Assembly: GCA_023381555.1 (NCBI GenBank)
Contig: JAMCRV010000091.1
Coordinates: 9,556 to 73,555, forward strand
From: Chloroflexota bacterium
Lineage (GTDB): Bacteria > Chloroflexota > UBA4733
Direction of reading: 5' to 3'
DNA: 64,000 nucleotides
Below are positions 47,263-56,758 of the stretch, piece by piece. Below the pieces are notes generated by a model. It was given only the letters and a program-made list of their open reading frames with translations, was not told the DNA's origin and searched no databases. Position numbers and translations under genes: made by a program. How positions within the stretch are numbered: position 1 is the first letter of the stretch; each line of letters opens with the position of its first letter.

Positions 47263-48039
47263 TCAGTCGCCTCGAAACTCGCGCGCAGCTGTCACCACAG
47301 CTTGGGCCGCGCCGGTCATCAGCGCAGCATCACTGCCAATCGCAATGAGCCGGAACCCCTGCTCCCAGCGCTGCCGGGCTGTAGAGGCTGTACCGGTGAG
47401 GATACCTGCCACTTTCTCATGCCGCTGAGCAACAGTCACGATGTATTGCAGCGCGGCCTCATAGGTCGGATAGGTGGGCTCGAGCAGGGGAGGCAGGCCG
47501 AGCGACGCGCATAAGTCGTTTGGCCCGACGAAGAGGCAGTCGAAGCCGGGCAAGGCGGCGATCTCCTCGAGTCGAGAAAGGGTATCGGTATGCTCGACTT
47601 GCAGCGCCACCAGCACTTCGTGATTGGCTTCGGCAAGATACTCCGCTCGAGGGACACCAAAACTCAACGGCGGGCGTAGGCCCCCAACACTCCTCACCCC
47701 CTGTGGCGGATAACGGCAGGATGCGATGGCACGGCGAGCCTCGTCAGGAGTATTCACCATCGGAATGACGATGCCATGGACACCAGCGTCAAGCACGCGC
47801 TTGATGAGGTTGACGTCGTTCCCCATCACCCGTGCGAGTGGCGCTACGGGCGTTCCCTGCATTGCCTGAAGCATCTGAATCAGCGTCTCAGTATCGGTAG
47901 GCGAGTGTTCGGTATCGACGACGAGGAAGTCGAACCCAGTGTGAGCGAGCAGTTCCGTGGCGATGGGACTCGCAAGATTGAGCCACGATCCGATGACGCC
48001 ACGCCTGGTTCGCAATCGAGAAAGCAACTGGTTCTGCAC
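47263..48039 (-). CDS. HpcH/HpaI-family 2-keto-3-deoxy-acid aldolase.
   Basis: The family pattern is conserved throughout (FDFLVVDTEHSP...GVHGIVIPMVNTPDEARR...YPPQGVRSVGG...). Confidence 0.8.
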   Translation of the reverse strand: MQNQLLSRLRTRRGVIGSWLNLASPIATELLAHTGFDFLVVDTEHSPTDTETLIQMLQAMQGTPVAPLARVMGNDVNLIKRVLDAGVHGIVIPMVNTPDEARRAIASCRYPPQGVRSVGGLRPPLSFGVPRAEYLAEANHEVLVALQVEHTDTLSRLEEIAALPGFDCLFVGPNDLCASLGLPPLLEPTYPTYEAALQYIVTVAQRHEKVAGILTGTASTARQRWEQGFRLIAIGSDAALMTGAAQAVVTAAREFRGD

Positions 48040-48449
48040 GTTTTAGCCCTCTTTCTCAGAAAGCACCGCCGGCGGGTGCCCAATCGTTCCCGCTCACGAC
48101 TGCGACGAAGGAGACTGATCCCGCGGACCTGGCCGTCGTCGCCCCAAGCCCTGCGCGCGCCGGTGGACCGCGAGCACATACTGCTGCATCTCGAACATCA
48201 CTCGCGCTGACCGCACCTCAGGATGTTCGGGACCGAATCCCCAGCTCTGGAGATGAGCAATACGCCGCTCTGCAGATTCCACCACAACCTGCAGCACGCG
48301 ATCGAGGTCACTCTCGGGAACAGGCTTGCTTGCGCGCATTGAACCTCACTGACTCGACTTCACTTCTGGCGCGAGTCGACAGAGTGACCGAGACCGCCGT
48401 TACCTTACCATAGATAGACGTCACGAAGACAGGAAGGAAGAGCGCCAAG

Positions 48450-49556
48450 GTGACGCTGCCATCCACCCCGTATCAACGGTTTGCCTACCCGGTGCTTCGC
48501 AGCCTTGATGCTGAAGCAGCGCATCACCATGCGCTCACTGCCCTCCAGACTCTGCAACGCAACTCGCTCGCCCTTGCTATACTGCGACAGCTCTATACAG
48601 TTCGCCACCCTCGCCTCGAGCGGACGCTGTTTGGCGTTCGCTTTGCCAACCCTGTAGGCGTGGCTGCCGGCTTCGACAAGAATGGAGTCGCCGTCGAGGC
48701 GCTTGCAGCACTCGGCTTCGGCCACATCGAAGTGGGCACGGTCACTCCCCGCCCACAGCGCGGCAATGAGCGTCCACGGCTAGTCCGTCTCATACGTGAC
48801 GAGGCCCTCATCAATCGTCTTGGCTTTCCGAATGAGGGTATGCACGCCATCATTCCGCACTTGCCCCCCCGCGGCACGCGCACCTTTGTGCTCGGCATCA
48901 ACATCGGCCCCAACAAGACCAGCGTCACGGCAGGCCGCGCAATCGACGACTACTTGGCGGCGCTCGACTACTGCGCTCCAGTGGCCGACTACTTCGCCAT
49001 CAACATCTCTTCGCCGAACACTCCAGGGCTGCGCAGCTTGCAACAGGCGCAGAGCCTCGACGATCTCCTGACCTCGATTTTCCGGCACACATCCAATGAA
49101 CGTATTTCCACACCAATCGCGGTGAAGCTTGGACCTGACCTCACTCGTGACGACCTGTGCGAGCTCGTGCGAGTGCTTATGGCCCATCCAGTCGCCGCCG
49201 TCATCGCGACAAACACCACGTCTTCCCGTCCAGCATCGCTACGGGATCCTCTAGCCACGGAGAGCGGCGGCTTGAGCGGGCGGCCCCTCCGTGACCTGGC
49301 CACTGCGGTGATTCGGACCATCAGCGACGCCAGCGCCGGAAAGCTCCCGGTCATCGGCGTCGGGGGGGTTTTCTCTGCACGTGATGCACACGAGAAGCTG
49401 GAAGCCGGGGCTACGCTCGTCCAGCTCTACACTGGGTTCGTCTACATCGGTCCATCCACAGCACGACGCATCAATGAAGGTCTGCTCTCGATGAAACGCA
49501 TCCGCCAGCGTGACACCAAAGCGGTCGCACGTAGCCCTTTGCCCCAGGACGGGTGA
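48450..49556 (+). CDS. pyrD: Dihydroorotate dehydrogenase (quinone), class 2.
   Basis: A class-2 N-terminal extension is present, along with GVAAGFDKNG, GFGHIEVGTVTP and NRLGFPNEG. Confidence 0.9.
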   Translation: MTLPSTPYQRFAYPVLRSLDAEAAHHHALTALQTLQRNSLALAILRQLYTVRHPRLERTLFGVRFANPVGVAAGFDKNGVAVEALAALGFGHIEVGTVTPRPQRGNERPRLVRLIRDEALINRLGFPNEGMHAIIPHLPPRGTRTFVLGINIGPNKTSVTAGRAIDDYLAALDYCAPVADYFAINISSPNTPGLRSLQQAQSLDDLLTSIFRHTSNERISTPIAVKLGPDLTRDDLCELVRVLMAHPVAAVIATNTTSSRPASLRDPLATESGGLSGRPLRDLATAVIRTISDASAGKLPVIGVGGVFSARDAHEKLEAGATLVQLYTGFVYIGPSTARRINEGLLSMKRIRQRDTKAVARSPLPQDG

Positions 49557-49760
49557 TCAGTACAGCCCCTTCGCTCAACATCAACATCACCGGACCAACT
49601 ACTGGCAGCAACGTCACACTCGACGATATCGCCACGCACGTCGTAAAGGGGAGAAAGTGGTGTTTCGAGAGCCCGCACGCCGGTATCCCGGCACAGTGAT
49701 CGAACAATCGCGCGAGCAGGAGGCGGTTTGAGCACGTGTCTCACTAAGATAGCAGTGGGC

Positions 49761-50507
49761 TCAGTACGTGGCCCGTCCACCGCTGATGTCAAAACACTGA
49801 CCGGTGCTGAAGCTGACTTCATCGGAAGCAAGCCAGCAGATGAGCGCCGCCACTTCGGTCGCCTTGCCCGTGCGTCCCATCGGGATGCGCTCGACCATGT
49901 AATCCACCTGCTGTGGTGTCAGCTGCTCGAGGATGGCAGTTTCGATCACTGCTGGGCTTACAGCATTCACCAAGATGCCATCTCTAGCCACCTCTTTGGC
50001 AAGTGCCTTCGTCAGCCCGATGACCCCGGCCTTGGCGGTCGAATAGGGAATCATATTGGGATTGCCTTCTTTGCCAGCAATCGAGGCAACATTAACGATC
50101 CGGCCATAGCGACGAGCCTTCATCCCAGGGATCGCAGCCCGACAGCAATAGAACACGCTCTGCAGGTCTACTGCCATCATCGTCTCCCAGTCCTCATCGG
50201 TTACACGTTCGATGGGGGCAGCACGGCCTGCGATGCCAGCGTTGTTCACGAGAATGTCCACCTTCCCGTGTTGACGCTCCGTTCCTCCAATGAGCGCCTC
50301 GACGTCGCTCTGCACCGTCACGTCAGTCACCATCGACACCACAGCCAGTCCAGCAGCTCTCAGCGCAGTCACCACGCTGGCCAGAGCGGTAGCATCGCGA
50401 TCTGCGAACACGACGAGTGCCCCTTCCCGTGCGAGCCGCTCCGCCGCCGCCGCTCCGATGCCTCGCGCTGCTCCTGTGACAACCGCGACCTTACCCTCCA
50501 GCAGCAT
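49761..50507 (-). CDS. Short-chain dehydrogenase/reductase (FabG-like).
   Basis: Classical SDR motifs are present: TGAARGIGAA, NNAG and YSTAKAG (Y-x3-K). The true start is MLLEGKVAVVTG; the 130-codon Cys/Arg-rich N-terminal extension in the ORF track was rejected. Confidence 0.85.
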   Translation of the reverse strand: MLLEGKVAVVTGAARGIGAAAAERLAREGALVVFADRDATALASVVTALRAAGLAVVSMVTDVTVQSDVEALIGGTERQHGKVDILVNNAGIAGRAAPIERVTDEDWETMMAVDLQSVFYCCRAAIPGMKARRYGRIVNVASIAGKEGNPNMIPYSTAKAGVIGLTKALAKEVARDGILVNAVSPAVIETAILEQLTPQQVDYMVERIPMGRTGKATEVAALICWLASDEVSFSTGQCFDISGGRATY

Positions 50508-50585
50508 TATGAACGCCCCCCTATATATATCCTCGCAAATACGGTAATCTTCGCACTTCTGCGCGAATGTGTCACAGGTACAGGT

Positions 50586-50627
50586 AAAACGCAAAGTGCG
50601 GGAGCGTACCAGTCCATCGCTCCCGCA
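50586..50627 (-). terminator. Putative intrinsic terminator downstream of the SSF symporter gene.
   Basis: TGCGGGAGCG-(11 nt)-CGCTCCCGCA is a perfect 10-bp inverted repeat. On the minus-strand RNA it is followed by ACUUUGCGUUUU. Confidence 0.5.
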
Positions 50628-50647
50628 CCTGTAATGAGAACTACGCG

Positions 50648-52177
50648 CTATGCAGCGCTCGCAGCGGCCTCGAATTCTATCTCGACACCACGGCCGCGGG
50701 CCACACCGAGCGCATCGAAGATAATGGTAAACACGACCGCAACTACAATGTTGAGCGCCAGGGCAAGCACGGCAGCGTAAGCACTGTAAGTAAACCCACC
50801 AAGGTGGAGCGCATACACCGACCCCGCAAACTTGTTGGCAACAGCCATGGCGATGCCCGCGACGATCCCGGCAGCCCAGCCGAGCAGCAGTGCCCACCGG
50901 TGGAACCAGCGCGTGTAGAGCGAAAAGACGACCGCGGGGAACGTCTGCGAGATGAGGATACCGCCCAGGAGCTGAAAGTTGATGGCATATTGCTGTGGCA
51001 AGAAGATCACGAAAATGAGCGCACCGAACTTCACGACGAAGGAAGTGATCTTGGCTGCACGCGCTTCCTCGCCCGTCGAGCAGTTCGGCCTGAAGTACGT
51101 CTTATAGATGTTGCGCGTAAACAGGTTTGCCGCCGCAATCGACATGACCGCGGAGGGAACGAGAGCGCCAATGACGATGGCCGCGAAGGTCACACCGACA
51201 AACCACGACGGGAACATCGCAACGAATAGGGCCGGAACGGCAAAGTTCGGTGTCTTTGGCGTGACGTGGGCAGCGAGCGCAAAGTACCCCAACAATGCCA
51301 TGAAGGCGAGCAACAGCGAGTACAGACCGAGCATCGCTGAGTTACGCCGGATCACTCCGCCACTCTTGGAGCTGAACACTGCGGTGATCGCGTGCGGGTA
51401 CATGTACAGAGCAAGCGCAGAGCCCAGTGCAAGAGTACCGTAAGCGCTGAAGGCGCCTGGCGGGAGAATGAGTGGGGATGGCGGCTTGTGCGCCTTGAGC
51501 GCAAGATCGGCCGCCTGGAAGATGTGTCCATAGCCACCGAGCTTGATAGGGATGTAGATCGCAGCCACGATACAGGTGATGTAGATGAGGCAATCCTTCA
51601 CGATTGCTGTGAGCGCCGGTGCCCGCAAGCCGCTTGAGTAGGTGTAGAGAGCAAGCACCAGGAAAGCGACGATGAGTGGGAGATCACCGGCCAGTCCTAA
51701 TCCAGTGAAACCCAGAGATGCGATGACCACCTGCATACCGACGAGCTGAAGAGCGATGTAAGGCATGGTGGCCACGATTCCGGTAACAGCAATGGCCAGC
51801 GCGAGTAAGCCGCTATCCGTGCGGTGATGAATCCAATCTGCTGCGGTGATGTAACCGTGCTTCTTCGCGATCACCCATAGGCGCGGCATGATAAAGAACA
51901 CTAACGGCCAGACGACGACGGTATAGGGAACTGCAAAGAAACCAACTGCGCCAGCCCCGTAGAGCGTTCCCGGCACTGCCACAAACGTGTACGCGGTAAA
52001 GAGGTCGCCACCGACGAGAAACCACGACACGATCGTCCCGAACTGTCTGTTCGCAAGACCCCATTCAGTAATGTGACTCAAGTCGCCGCGCCGCCACCGC
52101 GCCGCTGCGAACCCCACATAGGTGACAACCACAAACAACGCTAGAAAGACAATGGTTGCTACCCAGTCGATATGCAT
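50648..52177 (-). CDS. Sodium:solute symporter family (SSF) transporter.
   Basis: 509 aa with ~13 transmembrane helices and an SSF N-terminal region (WGLANRQFGTIVSWFLVGGDLFTAYTFVAVPG). Confidence 0.85.
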   Translation of the reverse strand: MHIDWVATIVFLALFVVVTYVGFAAARWRRGDLSHITEWGLANRQFGTIVSWFLVGGDLFTAYTFVAVPGTLYGAGAVGFFAVPYTVVVWPLVFFIMPRLWVIAKKHGYITAADWIHHRTDSGLLALAIAVTGIVATMPYIALQLVGMQVVIASLGFTGLGLAGDLPLIVAFLVLALYTYSSGLRAPALTAIVKDCLIYITCIVAAIYIPIKLGGYGHIFQAADLALKAHKPPSPLILPPGAFSAYGTLALGSALALYMYPHAITAVFSSKSGGVIRRNSAMLGLYSLLLAFMALLGYFALAAHVTPKTPNFAVPALFVAMFPSWFVGVTFAAIVIGALVPSAVMSIAAANLFTRNIYKTYFRPNCSTGEEARAAKITSFVVKFGALIFVIFLPQQYAINFQLLGGILISQTFPAVVFSLYTRWFHRWALLLGWAAGIVAGIAMAVANKFAGSVYALHLGGFTYSAYAAVLALALNIVVAVVFTIIFDALGVARGRGVEIEFEAAASAA

Positions 52178-52241
52178 CGCATGAGCCTCTCTTCAGCTTC
52201 ACGCTTGTTCTCCACGTCAACGGACCTCGGGCGCTGAGTCG

Positions 52242-52448
52242 CTACCGAGTGATGAAATACACCGTGGTGCATACGATTCCACCGAGAATGACCCAGAGAA
52301 TCTGCCACCAGTAGTAGAACGGAAAGCCGAAAAGCTCAGGAGTCTGCGAAGCATAAATCTGCGGGAAGAGCGTAAAGATGAAAGGAATGATGAGGAGAAT
52401 CTGCCAGCCCTTATGACGGCGGGCCCCTCCCTCAGCAGGATCGTCCAC
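52242..52448 (-). CDS. Small two-helix membrane protein, DUF3311/DUF485-like partner of the SSF symporter.
   Basis: 68 aa from a GTG start at 52448, with a GAGAGGAAGG ribosome-binding site ~9 nt upstream. It has two hydrophobic helices and a PFYYWWQ motif. It sits immediately upstream of the symporter, which is a conserved arrangement for this family. Confidence 0.4.
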   Translation of the reverse strand: MDDPAEGGARRHKGWQILLIIPFIFTLFPQIYASQTPELFGFPFYYWWQILWVILGGIVCTTVYFITR

Positions 52449-52791
52449 GAGCGCCTTCCTCTCTGCGCACTTCTGCGACACGCTCTGCAACTGTCCGGAT
52501 ACAGACGGAATGGAAGTACGGGAACCTCGGCCACTCCGAGACGGTGCAACTATAGCAAGCTCGCCACGAAGGGACAAGAATCCATCGAGATTCCTAGTCA
52601 AACTGGGAAGTGGCGGAGAGATCACGTCGTGCCCCAATCGGCTCCACGTGGCCTATCGCAACTGTTCGGAGCGCGCTGGTAGGTAGTAAGAGGCTCCGCC
52701 ACCAGACGTCTGGCCGGGATGCTGACTCGTCCACTGTCCCAAGCCGGCACGCGCTGCAGCACACCCTGGCTTGGGACGCACTACCCGCAGA

Positions 52792-53745
52792 CTAGAGTGT
52801 CAGACGATCTATCTCCGCAAGCTCTTCTGGGCTGAATTCGAGCTTGTCTAGGGCACTGACGTTCTCCTCGATCTGCTCCACCTTGGAAGCGCCAATCAGG
52901 GCACTCGTCACTGTAGGGAGCCGCAGAATCCAGGCAAGCGCCATCTGGGCGAGTGTCTGTCCTCGCCGGCCGGCAAGGCTGTTGAGGGCCCTTAGCTGTT
53001 CGAGACGCTCGGGCGTGAGGCGCCGCCTAGTCTGCTCTTCACCCCACCACAGGGCGGCTCGGGAATCGGCCGGGATCTCCCCTGAAAGGTATTTTCCCGT
53101 CAGCAGGCCGCTCGCGAGCGGGACAAAGGCAATGACGCCCGCTCCTGCGCGCTCGGTCTGCGGCAGCAAGTCGCGCTCGATGCCGCGATTGAGCAGATTG
53201 TACGCAGGCTGATGTATCGTGATCGGAGCCCAGTCGTGGCGCTCGCCCACCCTCACTGCATCGGCAAAATGAGCCCCATTGAAACTGCTCACACCTCCAT
53301 AGAGCACTTTTCCTTGGCGAATGAGCATGTCAATCGCACCCAAGCTCTCCTCAAGTGGTGTGTGCGAGTCAGGTCGGTGGAGATAGAAGATGTCGAAGTA
53401 GTCCAGGCCCATCCGCTTCAAGCTCTGCTCGCAGCTCGCCACGATGTACTTCTTCGAGAGCCATTCCCCATACGGACCGGGCCACATGCGATAGCCCGCC
53501 TTCGAGCTGATGATCAGCTCGTCGCGCGGCAGCTCGCCGCGGATGATCTCACCACACACAAGCTCCGAGTTGCCTGGAGGGCGCCCATAGTTGTTGGCAA
53601 AGTCAAAGTGCGTGATGCCGAGATCGAAGGCCCGGCGCAAGCACGCCCGCGCAATCTCCGGACCCCGATATCCGCCGAACGTCTCCCATCCCCCAAGGGA
53701 GATGACGGGGAGCAGCAAGCCACTGCGTCCACACCGACGGTAGAC
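52792..53745 (-). CDS. Aldo/keto reductase (YghZ/Tas-like).
   Basis: An AKR pattern is present (LGGWETFG...GITHFDFANNYG). The start was chosen at MVYRRCGRSGLLLPVISLG; the ORF track starts 33 codons upstream. Confidence 0.85.
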   Translation of the reverse strand, partial: VYRRCGRSGLLLPVISLGGWETFGGYRGPEIARACLRRAFDLGITHFDFANNYGRPPGNSELVCGEIIRGELPRDELIISSKAGYRMWPGPYGEWLSKKYIVASCEQSLKRMGLDYFDIFYLHRPDSHTPLEESLGAIDMLIRQGKVLYGGVSSFNGAHFADAVRVGERHDWAPITIHQPAYNLLNRGIERDLLPQTERAGAGVIAFVPLASGLLTGKYLSGEIPADSRAALWWGEEQTRRRLTPERLEQLRALNSLAGRRGQTLAQMALAWILRLPTVTSALIGASKVEQIEENVSALDKLEFSPEELAEIDRLTL

Positions 53746-54048
53746 CATATGGTCGTACCGGTCGGCAGCGAAAACGTCCTCGACTCCACGCGCGATTCGC
53801 GTCGCGCGCAGCTGAAGATCTCCCTCTTGACCCATTCTCTGCACCTTTTCTGCTGCACCCTAGAACTGCGGACGGCATTACCGCACCGGCAAGAGCTTAG
53901 AGGATAACCTTCCTGACACGCAACGCCAGCGCCGGGGTTGGCACTGATGTTGCAACAGGTCATTCATGGAGAGTAAGCTAACGATGCAGGGCCTTTCAAT
54001 ATGGGTGGCTCGTTTCCCCGATATCGGCAGCCGAAAGGGGTAAAAACA

Positions 54049-54810
54049 ATGGCTACAGCGCAACTGCTCCAAACCGTCGTGCGCGGTTTGAATGAGGTTC
54101 AAAAGCGCACCGACGAGTCGTCCCGTCAGACGGCTCGACTGCGTGCTGACTTCCTGGAGCGTATTGAAAAGGCCACCGAGCAGCTTCAAGATAGCGCTGT
54201 CTATCTCCGGCAGCTGGGCAGACTCGTCGAGGAGGAGATCAGTCCTCTGACGGCGACCGCTCGTGATATGATGTCTGCGATACCTCAGTTCACCGAGGAG
54301 GGAGGTCGCTACATCAAAAAACAGGCCAGCGCAACGCTACACTCTCAGTCGCTCTCTCTAATCAACCGGCTGTCACGCGGGCTGCCGCGCCTTCAGGTCA
54401 CCCTGTCACGGCCTTTCCTGCAGCGCGCTCGTCCCTCACCCTGGCAACTCGCAGCAAGACGCCGGTTCTCCTTCCTCTCACGAGCAAGCATGTTCAGCTT
54501 CGGCAGTCTGCTGAGCTTTAGCAGCTTCTGCAGTGTCCTAAGTGTCAATAGCGCGGGCAGCGTCTTGAGCATCGGGAGCGCTGGGAGCATCCTCAGCATC
54601 GGAAGTGTCGGGAGTATCCTCAGTATCCGAAGTACTCAGAGCATCCTCAGTATTGGGGGGAAACGCACGGTACTGCATCGCCGCAACCGGGCAGGATCCA
54701 CACTAGGCACTGCAGCAGACCAACCGCAATCAGCAACTACCGCTGACACCGACGGTGACCAGGCGGCCAAGGGTAACAACGACTCGCCGGTCACAGACAC
54801 AGCCAGCTAG
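54049..54810 (+). CDS. Hypothetical protein with an N-terminal predicted coiled coil and a C-terminal Ser/Ile/Gly-rich nonapeptide tandem repeat.
   Basis: The ATG at 54049 has a GAAAGGGG ribosome-binding site. The protein contains SVLSVNSA-GSVLSIGSA-GSILSIGSV-GSILSIRST-QSILSIGG, encoded by an imperfect 27-bp tandem repeat (~54527-54665). Confidence 0.4.
   Translation: MATAQLLQTVVRGLNEVQKRTDESSRQTARLRADFLERIEKATEQLQDSAVYLRQLGRLVEEEISPLTATARDMMSAIPQFTEEGGRYIKKQASATLHSQSLSLINRLSRGLPRLQVTLSRPFLQRARPSPWQLAARRRFSFLSRASMFSFGSLLSFSSFCSVLSVNSAGSVLSIGSAGSILSIGSVGSILSIRSTQSILSIGGKRTVLHRRNRAGSTLGTAADQPQSATTADTDGDQAAKGNNDSPVTDTAS
54527..54665 (+). repeat. Imperfect 27-bp tandem repeat, ~5 copies, in-frame within the hypothetical CDS.
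   Basis: The copies are GGCAGCGTCTTGAGCATCGGGAGCGCT, GGGAGCATCCTCAGCATCGGAAGTGTC, GGGAGTATCCTCAGTATCCGAAGTACT, CAGAGCATCCTCAGTATTGGGGGG ... Confidence 0.65.
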
Positions 54811-56414
54811 ACGGCTGTCGTGCGTGGCCAGGATAGCTCAAACCCCTGTGCGGCACAGAGCCGCTGGAAGTCCTGCAGATACTCCTGTGACTCCCGCACA
54901 GCATGCGGACTGTGCCTGGCGACGAGGCAGTGCGCCGCCAACAGCCCTGCTGCTTCACCGATGTTCCACTCGACCGGGTGCAGGCGGTAGCATCCAGTGG
55001 TGATGTGGGTCACGCCGAGGTTCTTGCACGCTGGTAGAAGATTACGGACACGCACCGGAAGCAGCGCACCGAGTGGAATGCGGAAGGGTAGAGAGTCGAT
55101 GTCGACGTAGTTGACGTGCGTCGATGAGGGGTGGAGATCGATGCGATAGCAGCCCACTCCAACACTGTCAACAAATGGTTCACCTTCTCCCGGTTGGCCC
55201 CGCCCGATTCCCCGCGCCCTGGCTCCCACGTGCTGCTCGGTTACCGTGAAGACCGCGCGGATGCGCCTGCTCTCCCGAATGTAGGGATACTTTGCCAGAC
55301 CATCGTCCGTATCGACGAGATCTGGTCTCAGGTAGAGCCCAGGGTAACCGGCGCCGCCGTCAGGACGAGGAGCCTCGGTCTGGAGCCAGTACATCAGGCT
55401 GAGGGAAAGCTGTCGTGCCTCCTCGAGGTAGCGCTGTCGCTCCTCTTCCGGCTTGTCGATAATGTTCCCCTCAAAGTAGTCGTTCTGAGGCCAGTTGACG
55501 AGCGTTACCTCGTGCGGAACAACGTCCCCCACGTAGTGACCGCTGTGTACGATTCTGCGGTAGAGCCAGAGTGACTGGCGCGTCTCTTCCCCTGGGAAGA
55601 GCACTCGCTGGCGTGGTCTGAGTGTGATGGGATCAGGATGCGTCCAGCTGAGCAGCGGGCCCGTCCACGCTGGTGTGAGATCAGGAACGTAGTTGCGCCA
55701 GCACGCATACTGTGGCGGCCGGTCGATGACGTGGTTAGCGCCCGGCGCCGGATCATACGCCATTGGGAAGCACCAGGTGATGCCCTGCACATTATCCGGT
55801 TGCGGCGGACCTTCGACCGCGTGGGGCTCGCCGGTCTCGGCCTGACTTTCGGCCCCTGAGACATACTCCACAGCAGCAAGCGGCAGGAGATCTCCGAGCT
55901 CGGTCGCATCGAGGACATAGCGGGCTGCGACCACGATCTCCTCGTTCGTGACACTGTTGCGAACCGTCACCGACCGGATGGCATCCCCATCGACCTCTGC
56001 GGCTACCGGCACAGTGTTGAGCATCACGCGGAGGAGCCCCGACATTCGAGCGAAGGACAGCATCTCCTCTAATACTGCGTGACCAATGCGGAAATCGTGA
56101 CACAGGCGCGAGACACCACCCTGGCCGGGGTTTAGGTAAGGGTCACGTAGCGCGTCGGCGATGAGTGGGTGATGATGGCGGTAGTAGGCCCGCACTCCGG
56201 TGCGATAAGCGCGATAGCGCCGGGTGCTTCCAAACTGCTCGATCCAGCGGTGCTCATCTGGTGGAACCGCCTGGGATGTCAGCTGCCCGCCGATCCACGA
56301 CGTCTCCTCAGTCAGCACCACACGCTGGCCCAAGCTGGTCGCTGCCATTGCGGCGGCGACGCCACCAGTGCCTCCTCCCACGACCACAACATCGGTCTGA
56401 ACTTCCTTGACCAC
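54807..56414 (-). CDS. FAD-dependent oxidoreductase (PF12831-like).
   Basis: A GxGxxG dinucleotide fold is present (DVVVVGGGTGGVAAAMAA) and there is a PF12831-like C-terminus (NIGEAAGLLAAHCL). Confidence 0.75.
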   Translation of the reverse strand: MVKEVQTDVVVVGGGTGGVAAAMAATSLGQRVVLTEETSWIGGQLTSQAVPPDEHRWIEQFGSTRRYRAYRTGVRAYYRHHHPLIADALRDPYLNPGQGGVSRLCHDFRIGHAVLEEMLSFARMSGLLRVMLNTVPVAAEVDGDAIRSVTVRNSVTNEEIVVAARYVLDATELGDLLPLAAVEYVSGAESQAETGEPHAVEGPPQPDNVQGITWCFPMAYDPAPGANHVIDRPPQYACWRNYVPDLTPAWTGPLLSWTHPDPITLRPRQRVLFPGEETRQSLWLYRRIVHSGHYVGDVVPHEVTLVNWPQNDYFEGNIIDKPEEERQRYLEEARQLSLSLMYWLQTEAPRPDGGAGYPGLYLRPDLVDTDDGLAKYPYIRESRRIRAVFTVTEQHVGARARGIGRGQPGEGEPFVDSVGVGCYRIDLHPSSTHVNYVDIDSLPFRIPLGALLPVRVRNLLPACKNLGVTHITTGCYRLHPVEWNIGEAAGLLAAHCLVARHSPHAVRESQEYLQDFQRLCAAQGFELSWPRTTAV

Positions 56415-56498
56415 CGGATCTCCGCCTCTTACTAACTCGGAATACGCGGCGCAGTGAGCCGCATCTGTGACTGGGACTTGCCCGTTCTCTTCAGTCCT

Positions 56499-56720
56499 TC
56501 ATCCCTGCGCAGCGAAACGAGGTCCCAAGAACGCCCCCTGGCGTACCAACGTCCGCTGTAGCTCCTGAACTGGAATGGCCCGCGGTGGGCACCCCATCCG
56601 GACGGCGATAGCTGCCGCAGTGCCGGCTGCCTGTCCCATGGCATACCCGGAGGGCTGTACTCGGATAGCGCCAGCGGTGCCGCTGCCGTAAGGCACAACC
56701 GCTGATTATCGGCCTCTGCC
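56499..56720 (-). pseudogene. C-terminal remnant (~65 aa) of a second PF12831-type FAD-dependent oxidoreductase.
   Basis: SGTAGAIRVQPSGYAMGQAAGTAAAIAVRMGCPPRAIPVQELQRTLVRQGAFLG parallels the C-terminus of the intact paralog at 54807-56414. There is no upstream catalytic domain. Confidence 0.45.
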
Positions 56721-56758
56721 ATCGCGGCGGTACACTGCAGAAGTGAAAGGCAGTACCC

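Noticed and set aside
48094-48339. An 81-aa minus ORF in the aldolase/pyrD divergent intergenic region.
   Set aside because: It is short, has no homology and lies in a promoter region. It could be real but is unsupported.
49728-50780. A 350-aa plus-strand ORF, and a 378-aa N-terminally extended minus ORF, over the SDR gene.
   Set aside because: The true product is a 248-aa FabG-like SDR starting at MLLEGKVAVVTG (50507). The 130-codon Cys/Arg-rich extension and the antisense ORF have no homology.
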